Source of the DNA: a virus
Lineage: Duplodnaviria; Caudoviricetes
Reading direction: 5' to 3' (one strand)
IMG/VR virus record: IMGVR_UViG_3300007511_001999
Location: 1,464-65,463 of that record
DNA: 64,000 nucleotides
Made by a program: the position numbers and the translations under genes. Of the stretch, positions 57,068 to 64,000 are shown in pieces (position 1 is the first letter of the stretch; each line of letters begins with the position of its first letter). The notes below the pieces were generated by a model. That model saw only the letters and a list, made by a program, of their open reading frames with translations, was not told the DNA's origin and made no database searches.

Positions 57068-58351
57068 TTAGTCATGTACTTCGAGATCAAACCCCTCAAG
57101 CCACACATCAACATCTAGTTCAGACTCATCAACAATAAGCGATACAAATTTAGCATATTGCCCTTCTTTACTAAAGTTTTCAAATACATACTTCTGGAGT
57201 GCTTTGGCTTGGTTTTTAAAGTGAACTGGCTTATTGACAATGTCTCGCAGCGCGCGACGGTACGAGGTTTCTTTGGCATACGTCCACATAGAGTCCGCCT
57301 GAATGACTCCCTCCCATCGGGCAGCTTCCTGTACTGGGGCAAGATCATAGTCCACCCGAGCAACTCGTGGGACTTGCTTACCTTTCTTATTGGGGCGACA
57401 AATGAAGTCCATCTGTCCTCCCCATGTAACTGTTACAATTGGAAGACCATTATACGCAGCCTCAAAAAGTGGCAAACCAAAACCTTCTCCATGAGACAGG
57501 CTAATTAGCGCCTGCATGGTGGGATGCTGGTAGAGCCACGTCATCTGTTCTTCGGAGAGTTGTCCGTGCACTAAATAAATCTTGCACTTCCGTTCTGGAA
57601 AGTCATGAATCAAAGCTTCGAGGCGACGCTTGGTGTGGACGCGGTCCAAAATACTTTCGTTTGCCGAATTCAACTTTAATACAAGACCCACATCTTCATC
57701 ATCATAAAACTCACTACAAAAAGCGCGAACTGTTTGCTCGACGTTCTTCCGGATTCCCCACTGTTTCACACATAAAAAGTTTTTAGTCGTTTCAAAAGGA
57801 ATATCGAGACCATCCGGATCTGGTGGGATATCTTTAACCGGATAACTAATAAACTCTACTGGCTTTGTTACACGCCAGCCCTTTATAACCTCACCCGTCT
57901 GGGGGTTGGGTACATCATATGTTGTTTTTTCAATGACCTTTTTAGAGTGACTCGAAATAGTAATCACCCTATCCATCGTGTTGTTGATCATCTCGATCCA
58001 CTGGGGAGCAATTTTATTTGTTTCGATGCCGGCAGTATATCCTATATTAATGGGAGCAATTCTCTCGAATTCGTTAGGAATTGTTACCTGAAACGACATA
58101 TCAAATTGGGGGGCCTGCTCCTGTTCATTACAGTGTTGCACGTACTGATTTGTTTTGAGGATTAGCGAGTCTAGCCATTGGCGCTCTTCGCTGTGTTCCG
58201 CTATCATGCCCGTGTTTCCCCAAGGAATATTAATAAGATAAATGTCAAATAGATCTTCGCGGGAACGCATTGATCGTAACGAAAAGCGAGATTGCTCTCC
58301 ATAACCAGACCGCGACAGGGCCGGTGCTTTCACCAGGATTTTTTTCTTCAT
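57068..58351 (-). CDS. GT4 glycosyltransferase
   Basis: SGYG, RKN, and SHGEGFGLPLFEAA (E-x7-E). Confidence 0.85.
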   Translation of the reverse strand: MKKKILVKAPALSRSGYGEQSRFSLRSMRSREDLFDIYLINIPWGNTGMIAEHSEERQWLDSLILKTNQYVQHCNEQEQAPQFDMSFQVTIPNEFERIAPINIGYTAGIETNKIAPQWIEMINNTMDRVITISSHSKKVIEKTTYDVPNPQTGEVIKGWRVTKPVEFISYPVKDIPPDPDGLDIPFETTKNFLCVKQWGIRKNVEQTVRAFCSEFYDDEDVGLVLKLNSANESILDRVHTKRRLEALIHDFPERKCKIYLVHGQLSEEQMTWLYQHPTMQALISLSHGEGFGLPLFEAAYNGLPIVTVTWGGQMDFICRPNKKGKQVPRVARVDYDLAPVQEAARWEGVIQADSMWTYAKETSYRRALRDIVNKPVHFKNQAKALQKYVFENFSKEGQYAKFVSLIVDESELDVDVWLEGFDLEVHD

Positions 58352-59601
58352 TATAAAACCTCAACTCCATATGATTTGTAGCCAGCTCTATTATCCCAGG
58401 AGCCCTTTTCGTCATAAATTTTAGTAAGCAACGTATCCCATCGGTCCAAGAACGTTTCAAAATTGAACTGCTTAAGAACATATTCACGGCCTAGGCGCCC
58501 GAGTTCATCCCGCTCTTCCTGGGATTTATAGAACATCTCTTTCATCGCAGCGACGACTGCTTCCTCAGAAAGTCGATCCTCATAAATATAAGGTACATTC
58601 TGTGATCCAATTACCGCTTTCGAGACGGGCTCGATGCCAATTCCAAAAGTAGTAGTACCATCCGTAATTTGATCTTGCATTCCTCCGGTAAGATTCACAA
58701 TGATGGGCTTCTCACAAGCCAAAGATTCCAAAGTAGCCAAGCCAAAGCCTTCTGCATCAGAAATATTGATAGTGCAGTCAATAGCGTTATACAACATTGC
58801 CAATCCGGGGGTGTCCATTTTCTCTCTAGAAAAAAGTACCTGGCCGCTAGTTAGTCCAAGCTCAGAAATAATCGCATTTAGATCCTGCCCGTTGGGGTCC
58901 TTAGGTTCCGTATGCATAATGAGAGATGCCTTGTCATGACCTACTTCATCGAGGAACGTTTTAAACCAAAAAATAAGGCTTCCGGATTGTTTTCGGCGCG
59001 CGTTGCGATTGTTCCAGAAAAAGTAAAACTTATTCTCATCAAAGCGCTCTTGGGTAAAGCGAGATACCACCTCTGGTTCTAGCTTCTTAAAAATATCTGT
59101 ATCTACTGCATGCGGGAGGTACGAAGACTCGACCTCAGGCGCGACGTTCTGAACAATATCATATGTAAGCTTAGAGATACAAGCTACATGATCATTTGAA
59201 TCATAGTATGGTTTGTTGAATTTAGGGTAAGGGTAGTTGTCCCAGACATGATAATAGACCATTGGAACCTGGGGCCGAATTTCATTTTCGATTCCCCAAA
59301 GCCACTCATAAAAGCGCGGATCTGTCATAAACCACAAGATATCTGGCTTCTGCTGGCCAATCATTGCGCGGACTTGATCGGCGGACCCATATCCATCAAC
59401 GGGCCAAATAATCCAATCCTCCCCCCACTTTTCTGTTTTTTGTGGGTTGTGGTCTGGATGAGAAATTGCTCCTCCAAACGACACAAATTCATACTTGCCG
59501 GTTTTAAGCATGCCCTCAATCATATATTTAGTTTGAGTGCCCACCCCGGAAGGCGAAAGAGGGTGATCGCTGATCGTAAAGATCTTAATTTTATCTGACA
59601 T
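58351..59601 (-). CDS. GT4 glycosyltransferase
   Basis: SGVG, PHAVD, NRNARRK and AEGFGLATLESLAC motifs. Confidence 0.85.
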   Translation of the reverse strand: MSDKIKIFTISDHPLSPSGVGTQTKYMIEGMLKTGKYEFVSFGGAISHPDHNPQKTEKWGEDWIIWPVDGYGSADQVRAMIGQQKPDILWFMTDPRFYEWLWGIENEIRPQVPMVYYHVWDNYPYPKFNKPYYDSNDHVACISKLTYDIVQNVAPEVESSYLPHAVDTDIFKKLEPEVVSRFTQERFDENKFYFFWNNRNARRKQSGSLIFWFKTFLDEVGHDKASLIMHTEPKDPNGQDLNAIISELGLTSGQVLFSREKMDTPGLAMLYNAIDCTINISDAEGFGLATLESLACEKPIIVNLTGGMQDQITDGTTTFGIGIEPVSKAVIGSQNVPYIYEDRLSEEAVVAAMKEMFYKSQEERDELGRLGREYVLKQFNFETFLDRWDTLLTKIYDEKGSWDNRAGYKSYGVEVL

Positions 59602-59610
59602 TTTTGTTCC

Positions 59611-60390
59611 TTATCTACAATGTTCTGTTTTGTAAAGTTTGCAACGATACGGCTTTTCGCAAGACAGACGATTTTTAATTGAGAATCGTTTAGAAATATT
59701 ATAAATGGCTTGGTATAGAAGTTTAAGGGCGTTCTCGGTTTTTTTCTCACCGCTCGTTACTCTAAATATCTCTACACGATCTTTTTTAGCCGTTCTTTTT
59801 AGTAATGCAAAGTGAGTTTCTACGTTTTCGGGGTCGATTTTGTGCTTTAAGCAAAAGAAATGTTTATATAGAGTCAATTGATAGGTGACTATTTTCTGGC
59901 TCTTGCGGCGGGAGTCCCAGCCCCATGAGCACGTCTTCCAATCAAAAAGATGATATGTGTCGCCCACCTTAACTACAGCATCTACAAAGCCCTTAAAATG
60001 AATATTAAAATCTTCAATCGGCACATAAAGCTTCTCCTCCGAAGAAAACACTTCATAGTCACCGAAATAAGCTGCAAGAGCTTCATCAATTTGCGCCAAG
60101 ATTTCAGGACCACATGATTTCATTTGCTCCACATTCTTAGGATCAACTTCGATGTTTTTTTCCATCAGCTCCTGCAGCTGCTTATCAAAGCCTATCTGGA
60201 ATAACTCCTTTTCGTCAATGTCCTCTTTTAGAAGCTTCTTCTCGCAGACTTCATGTATTGCGGTTCCAAATGCCGTATGTTCGTTCCCCTCAAAGGAGGA
60301 GACCCTCTCAATCCAAGTTTTTTTATGGTAATGGGGGCATGTTGCCCAGTCTTTTAGTTCGGAATAGGATATGTGTTCACGCGTCGTCAT
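59611..60390 (-). CDS. PD-(D/E)XK nuclease, Cas4/AddB-like with a probable Fe-S cysteine staple
   Basis: ISYS...CP, FGTAIH, E-x-L, GFVDA, DWKT, QLTLY and three C-terminal Cys. Likely start MTTRE. Confidence 0.8.
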   Translation of the reverse strand: MTTREHISYSELKDWATCPHYHKKTWIERVSSFEGNEHTAFGTAIHEVCEKKLLKEDIDEKELFQIGFDKQLQELMEKNIEVDPKNVEQMKSCGPEILAQIDEALAAYFGDYEVFSSEEKLYVPIEDFNIHFKGFVDAVVKVGDTYHLFDWKTCSWGWDSRRKSQKIVTYQLTLYKHFFCLKHKIDPENVETHFALLKRTAKKDRVEIFRVTSGEKKTENALKLLYQAIYNISKRFSIKNRLSCEKPYRCKLYKTEHCR

Positions 60391-60994
60391 TAAGTATATT
60401 ATCAATCTTTTGGTAGAGTACGGGGCTCACAGCTTTTACAAGGCCCGGGCCATCGAGAAAGAACTTCTCGAACCCGTTGGCAAAGTATTCCTGAATGGAA
60501 GTGGCGCCGTACGGTGAAGCAAAGAGGCCCATTGTCAAATTGAGCAGCATAGGATATCCTACCACACTCGATAGGAATTCGTCAAACTTTTTATTATATT
60601 CAGTCTGATCATAAAGGAGCGGATTTATCTCAAATCCTTCTGCTTCTAGGATGTCTCTCAAGCGGCGACGCTTACCAAGGAATTCTTGTAAAAGATTATC
60701 GTCGTAAATTTCCCAGCCGCGGTCTTCTTCTAAAGAGTGGGCCACCTCATGTATAAAGTTCTCTAAGATATCAAAGTTGGTGGGCTCATCCCCTGTAATA
60801 TATATAGCGCTGTTAGCGTACGCAGCATTGCGGCCATCTAACTCCTTAAACTTACCAATATATACCACCTCTACATTCCGTAAAAGATTTGGAGGAAGCA
60901 CCTCTTCAACCTCTTGACAGAAAACAGGTATATCGACTGCCGGCGAAGGCGCAGATAGTATAAAAACTGGAATATTGTAAATGTAATATTCCAT
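60377..60994 (-). CDS. Zincin-type metallopeptidase-like protein
   Basis: FIHEVAHSLE (HExxH) with downstream Y...EYFA. Confidence 0.65.
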   Translation of the reverse strand: MEYYIYNIPVFILSAPSPAVDIPVFCQEVEEVLPPNLLRNVEVVYIGKFKELDGRNAAYANSAIYITGDEPTNFDILENFIHEVAHSLEEDRGWEIYDDNLLQEFLGKRRRLRDILEAEGFEINPLLYDQTEYNKKFDEFLSSVVGYPMLLNLTMGLFASPYGATSIQEYFANGFEKFFLDGPGLVKAVSPVLYQKIDNILNDDA

Positions 60995-61242
60995 TAGTCG
61001 TCTGTATTATACGTTTCTACATCATCAAGTGCTTGAGTATATCCCCTCAAGTAATTTTCTTCGGCCACAGGCAAAAGAAACTCAGGGAAATCGGTACTAA
61101 ATACATCCACCACCATTTCTACAGTTACCTCATCATTTTCAGGTTGCAGTTTCGTACCGACATACTCGACAATTAACTCTTTAAGAGGATTGTTCTTAGA
61201 AACAGGAATTATTAAATTCGGATTTTTCTCTACTTTTATCAT
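60994..61242 (-). CDS. Hypothetical protein (82 aa)
   Basis: Complete ORF, TAATG-coupled to the downstream gene. Confidence 0.65.
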   Translation of the reverse strand: MIKVEKNPNLIIPVSKNNPLKELIVEYVGTKLQPENDEVTVEMVVDVFSTDFPEFLLPVAEENYLRGYTQALDDVETYNTDD

Positions 61243-61249
61243 TTATCTC

Positions 61250-62566
61250 TCACAAATTCTTTGCGGCAAAGGTAGCTACCTTAGAACGCTCCCCCTTATG
61301 GAGGGTCACGTGAGCGGCTAGATCGAACTTCTTGAATTTTTCTACAGCATGTGTCAGCCCATTAGACGTCGCATCGATATAAACATTATCAATCTGCTCT
61401 ACATCTCCGGTCAACACAATTTTCGTTCCTTCACCTACTCTTGTTATTATAGTCTTTAATTCGTGAGTTGTCAAGTTCTGAGCTTCATCAATTATGATAA
61501 AAGCGTTTGAGATTGAGCGACCACGAATGTAAGTCAATGCTTCTATTTCTATTGTACCCTTTTGCATATAAATGTCAAGAGTTATTTTATCATTTCCCAT
61601 CAAAAATTGGAGATTGTCCTGAATTGGCATCAACCATGGCGACATCTTCTCTTCCAGGGTTCCGGGGAGGAAGCCTATGTCCTTTCCAAGCGGCTGTACG
61701 GGCCGTGAGACGATTACGCGCGTGTATTCCTGTTTGGTCTCGTCTATGGTTTGTTCAAGTCCTGCAGCAATGGCACAGATCGTCTTACCACTACCTGCTT
61801 TACCGATAGCAGTCACAATCTGAATATTCGGATCCATGAGAGCGTCCATGAGAAATTGCTGCTCTTTGTTGCGAGGCTTAATTCCCCAAACTTTTTGTTT
61901 GCTAGTGTGTAACTGTCGCACAGGCATTACTTGACTGACATACCGACCAAGGGCCGTCTTCTTCTCATTTGCGTTGGAGACCATCATCACATATTGATTA
62001 GAATATAGATTTTTGTCATCCAGATACACGCTCTGTTTTTCGTAGAAACGATCAATTACCTGATCGTCCACCAGTACAGTAGCGTATCCTTCAAAAATAC
62101 TTTCACTGTTATCAACAACTTGATTGTTTTGAAAATCTTCAGATGTTACCCCAACCGCATCAGCAATAACACGCATATTAATATCACGGGAAACTAATAT
62201 CACTTTTCGATCTTCTTGTTTGTGGAATTTTAATGCTGTAGCAATAATAAGGTGATCAGGCACTCGGACATCCAGATCTGTAGGAAGATCTTTAGTTATT
62301 CCATGTGAGCTGACCGATTTTATAATGCCATGGCCTTTTCTCAACCTGACACCAGCGTCAATAGACCCTCTAGATCGAAGCTCGTCCCAAATGCGAATAA
62401 TCTTCCTCGCTTGGGCACCAACTGCGTCCTGGCGCTTTTTGTGTTTGTCTATCTCCTCGAAAACTTTCAGAGGAACATAGATATCGTTATTCTTAAAAGC
62501 GTAAATACATTCAGCGTTTGTAAGATAGACACTAGTGTCTAGAACATAGATTTTTTTTCGACTCAT
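61250..62566 (-). CDS. phoH: PhoH-family ATPase with an N-terminal PIN domain
   Basis: PIN motifs VLDTSV, EEID and SRDINMR. PhoH motifs GKAGSGKT, GFLPG, RGRS, DEAQN and GDxxQxD. Confidence 0.92.
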   Translation of the reverse strand: MSRKKIYVLDTSVYLTNAECIYAFKNNDIYVPLKVFEEIDKHKKRQDAVGAQARKIIRIWDELRSRGSIDAGVRLRKGHGIIKSVSSHGITKDLPTDLDVRVPDHLIIATALKFHKQEDRKVILVSRDINMRVIADAVGVTSEDFQNNQVVDNSESIFEGYATVLVDDQVIDRFYEKQSVYLDDKNLYSNQYVMMVSNANEKKTALGRYVSQVMPVRQLHTSKQKVWGIKPRNKEQQFLMDALMDPNIQIVTAIGKAGSGKTICAIAAGLEQTIDETKQEYTRVIVSRPVQPLGKDIGFLPGTLEEKMSPWLMPIQDNLQFLMGNDKITLDIYMQKGTIEIEALTYIRGRSISNAFIIIDEAQNLTTHELKTIITRVGEGTKIVLTGDVEQIDNVYIDATSNGLTHAVEKFKKFDLAAHVTLHKGERSKVATFAAKNL

Positions 62567-62571
62567 ATAGA

Positions 62572-62598
62572 CCCTATGTAGTATATAGGGGGCTCCTC
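62572..62598 (-). promoter_or_regulatory. Stem-loop between a distal SD (GAGGAG) and the phoH start codon
   Basis: mRNA sense reads GAGGAG-CC-CCCTAT-ATACTAC-ATAGGG-TCTAT-ATG, with a perfect 6-bp inverted repeat. Confidence 0.5.
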
Positions 62599-63119
62599 TA
62601 ATAGTCCCCCTTCTTTGCGACGTCGCCAGCCGTTAAAATCTCTACGCGAGAGGGCGTCACATCGACACCATCGATAGTCCGCGTGGTAGTTGTAACCATA
62701 CCGGAATCATTCACTAAAGTCGAGGAACTTTGAATCTTGCCTCCTCCCACGCTCCACAACAATTCGATACCAAGCTCGTTGCAGACGTCCATCTCTGGAG
62801 TATTGTCTGTTTTGCGATCGCCACCATTGGCAAAATAATCAGGTTTAATACGTCGGAGAGCTTCACAGACACTGTTGTCTGTATCTTTCACATATGTGGT
62901 GCGCTCAACGCACGCAAATCCTTCAAGGATTTCGCACCGCTCTCGGAAGGGCATAAATATATACCCCTTCTTTCGCATCAGCCAATCATCTGAGTTGACA
63001 ATTACGATAAGGTTTCCGTATTTAGCGGCCTCGCGCATCATGCGTAGGTGACCTATATGTACAGGATCAAAACCGCCAGAGACACAAACTGTAGTATATG
63101 GGGTGCTAGGGGTCGACAT
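62598..63119 (-). CDS. Cytidylyltransferase-family nucleotidyltransferase (TagD/RibL-like)
   Basis: SGGFDPVHIGH, VNSD, RKKG, ANGGDR and KIQSSS motifs. Confidence 0.85.
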   Translation of the reverse strand: MSTPSTPYTTVCVSGGFDPVHIGHLRMMREAAKYGNLIVIVNSDDWLMRKKGYIFMPFRERCEILEGFACVERTTYVKDTDNSVCEALRRIKPDYFANGGDRKTDNTPEMDVCNELGIELLWSVGGGKIQSSSTLVNDSGMVTTTTRTIDGVDVTPSRVEILTAGDVAKKGDY

Positions 63120-63399
63120 CTGGCTCTCCTTCAGTAAATAGCGCGCTAGAAATTGCTTCTTCTTCAGTAGTTAAGAAATGTCTTTCTAAGGCAGCTATTC
63201 CATCCTCTGCTTCTGCCAGTGCTTTTGTGGCTGTCACAATTTCGGCCACCAAATTTGGATGATCTCCAACGCCGGCCGGAACATGTAAATAGATATCAAG
63301 AGTCGCTAGCGCATTCTGCCTTTGCGAATCAAGATTAGCTAGCGCGGCTCGAAGGAGCTGAGCCGCGATCCGGCTTTGTGTTTCATTGTTGTTTAACAT
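63106..63399 (-). CDS. Hypothetical helical protein (97 aa)
   Basis: Strong SD AAGGAGG upstream. Contains GVGDHP. Confidence 0.7.
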   Translation of the reverse strand: MLNNNETQSRIAAQLLRAALANLDSQRQNALATLDIYLHVPAGVGDHPNLVAEIVTATKALAEAEDGIAALERHFLTTEEEAISSALFTEGEPDVDP

Positions 63400-63409
63400 A
63401 ATTGTTATT

Positions 63410-63449
63410 CCTCCTTTTGCAAGTATACTACACTTCCTTCTTGTTTAAA
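63410..63449 (-). promoter_or_regulatory. Sigma70-like promoter (TTTAAA-N16-TATACT) and SD AAGGAGG
   Basis: -10 TATACT at 63427-63422, weak -35 at 63449-63444, SD at 63416-63410. Confidence 0.4.
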
Positions 63450-63459
63450 AGCTTTTATT

Positions 63460-63535
63460 TGGTGCCGGCACACGGGCTCGAACCGCGGACCTGCTGTTTA
63501 CAAGACAGCTGCTCTACCAACTGAGCTATGCCGGC
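63460..63535 (-). tRNA. tRNA-Thr(UGU), CCA encoded
   Basis: GCCGGCA acceptor stem, D-arm TAGCTCAGTTGGTAGAGC, anticodon arm GCTGT-CTTGTAA-ACAGC, GGTTCGAG T-loop, 3' end ACCA, 76 nt. Confidence 0.95.
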
Positions 63536-63738
63536 AATTTGATCCACACAATACTTAGTGGTAAGAAATTCTCCGGAGACACTATTCTTACTGGAGTGAG
63601 ACCATCGAAGCTTATCCATGGCATTCGTGTCGCTTCTAAAACCAACATGGTCTCATATTTATCATCAAAGTTGGGGTAGTAAAAATTATAATGACCCTTC
63701 TTAGAACCGTAACATTTGGTTCCTTTGGGAATTATCAT
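63526..63738 (-). CDS. Hypothetical protein (70 aa)
   Basis: Co-oriented ORF with GAAGGA SD upstream. Its 3' end overlaps the tRNA. Confidence 0.5.
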   Translation of the reverse strand: MIIPKGTKCYGSKKGHYNFYYPNFDDKYETMLVLEATRMPWISFDGLTPVRIVSPENFLPLSIVWIKLPA

Positions 63739-63754
63739 AAGCTCATCCTTTCTT

Positions 63755-63964
63755 TTAATCTCCTATTTCTACATCATAGGAATAGGTTACTATCACGTAG
63801 TAGCCCTCAAACGTCCCAGGCGCGAGTTTGCGTATCTTCGAGGCCTGTTTCTTGTTGTCTGTATGAATGTAAAGAGTGGGACCCATGGTGCCATTACGAA
63901 AATCATAGTTCCACTCAGGATCTAGTTCTATGGCCGCTTTTAAGATGATCTCATTTTTTAACAA
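63755..63964 (-). CDS. Hypothetical protein (69 aa)
   Basis: Co-oriented ORF with a TTG start just after an upstream TAA. Confidence 0.45.
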   Translation of the reverse strand: MLKNEIILKAAIELDPEWNYDFRNGTMGPTLYIHTDNKKQASKIRKLAPGTFEGYYVIVTYSYDVEIGD

Positions 63965-64000
63965 GACTTACTCTTTTTCTTTTCGTTTACGCCGGACCTT

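Noticed and set aside
40029-59601. Reading the sugar cluster as a bacterial O-antigen locus next to a prophage
   Set aside because: No integrase, att site or export genes are visible, and phage-type genes (sigma-like, Cas4-like, PhoH, small ORFs) flank it on the same strand with continuous tight packing. Chimerism cannot be fully excluded without reads.
59611-60390. CRISPR-Cas locus around the Cas4-like gene
   Set aside because: No repeat-spacer array or other cas genes are visible, and intergenic space is minimal.
673-63948. Numerous plus-strand ORFs and nested short minus-strand ORFs in the track (e.g. 37037..37765, 23230..23778, 16629..17168)
   Set aside because: They lie within long, motif-bearing minus-strand genes and show no recognisable motifs. 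They are treated as shadow ORFs.
1-64000. Stop-codon reassignment as seen in some jumbo phages
   Set aside because: TAA, TAG and TGA all end genes at sensible boundaries, and coding density is already near complete under code 11.
63968-64000. 3' end of an upstream ORF (...KVRRKRKEKE*)
   Set aside because: Only about 10 codons are visible, too little to call.

Overview
This window looks like part of a large (probably jumbo) myovirus-type phage genome. Essentially all genes lie on the minus strand and are tightly packed in the standard genetic code. In transcription order (right to left) there are four blocks. (1) Small ORFs, tRNA-Thr(UGU), a cytidylyltransferase, PIN-PhoH, a HExxH peptidase and a Cas4/AddB-like nuclease. 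(2) A ~20 kb island of nucleotide-sugar enzymes and glycosyltransferases: 3 GT4-like, GT2, GT10-like, a YerE/ALS-like ThDP enzyme, PanB, DdhC/RfbH, RmlB-like, RmlC-like, a short E1alpha/E1beta ThDP pair, ColD-like, Gmd, Fcl-like and other SDRs, and split HldE halves. (3) A phage sigma-like factor. (4) A ~38 kb contractile-tail baseplate/fibre module: OB-fold+GH19 lysin, HxH spike, a 2065-aa unknown, gp25/W, gp6/J, a DNRLRE protein, a 4732-aa gpI/gp7-like protein with inserted LamG cassettes, gpH-like proteins, and the start of a RuvC-like gene. The best candidate for an undescribed system is a phage pathway for branched-chain 3,6-dideoxysugars with an embedded PanB, together with a strongly repeated [ST]-[GASC]-[ST] motif in a subset of structural proteins that could be the acceptor site for virion glycosylation. 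All calls come from motif recognition by eye. No database searches were run and all counts are manual estimates.
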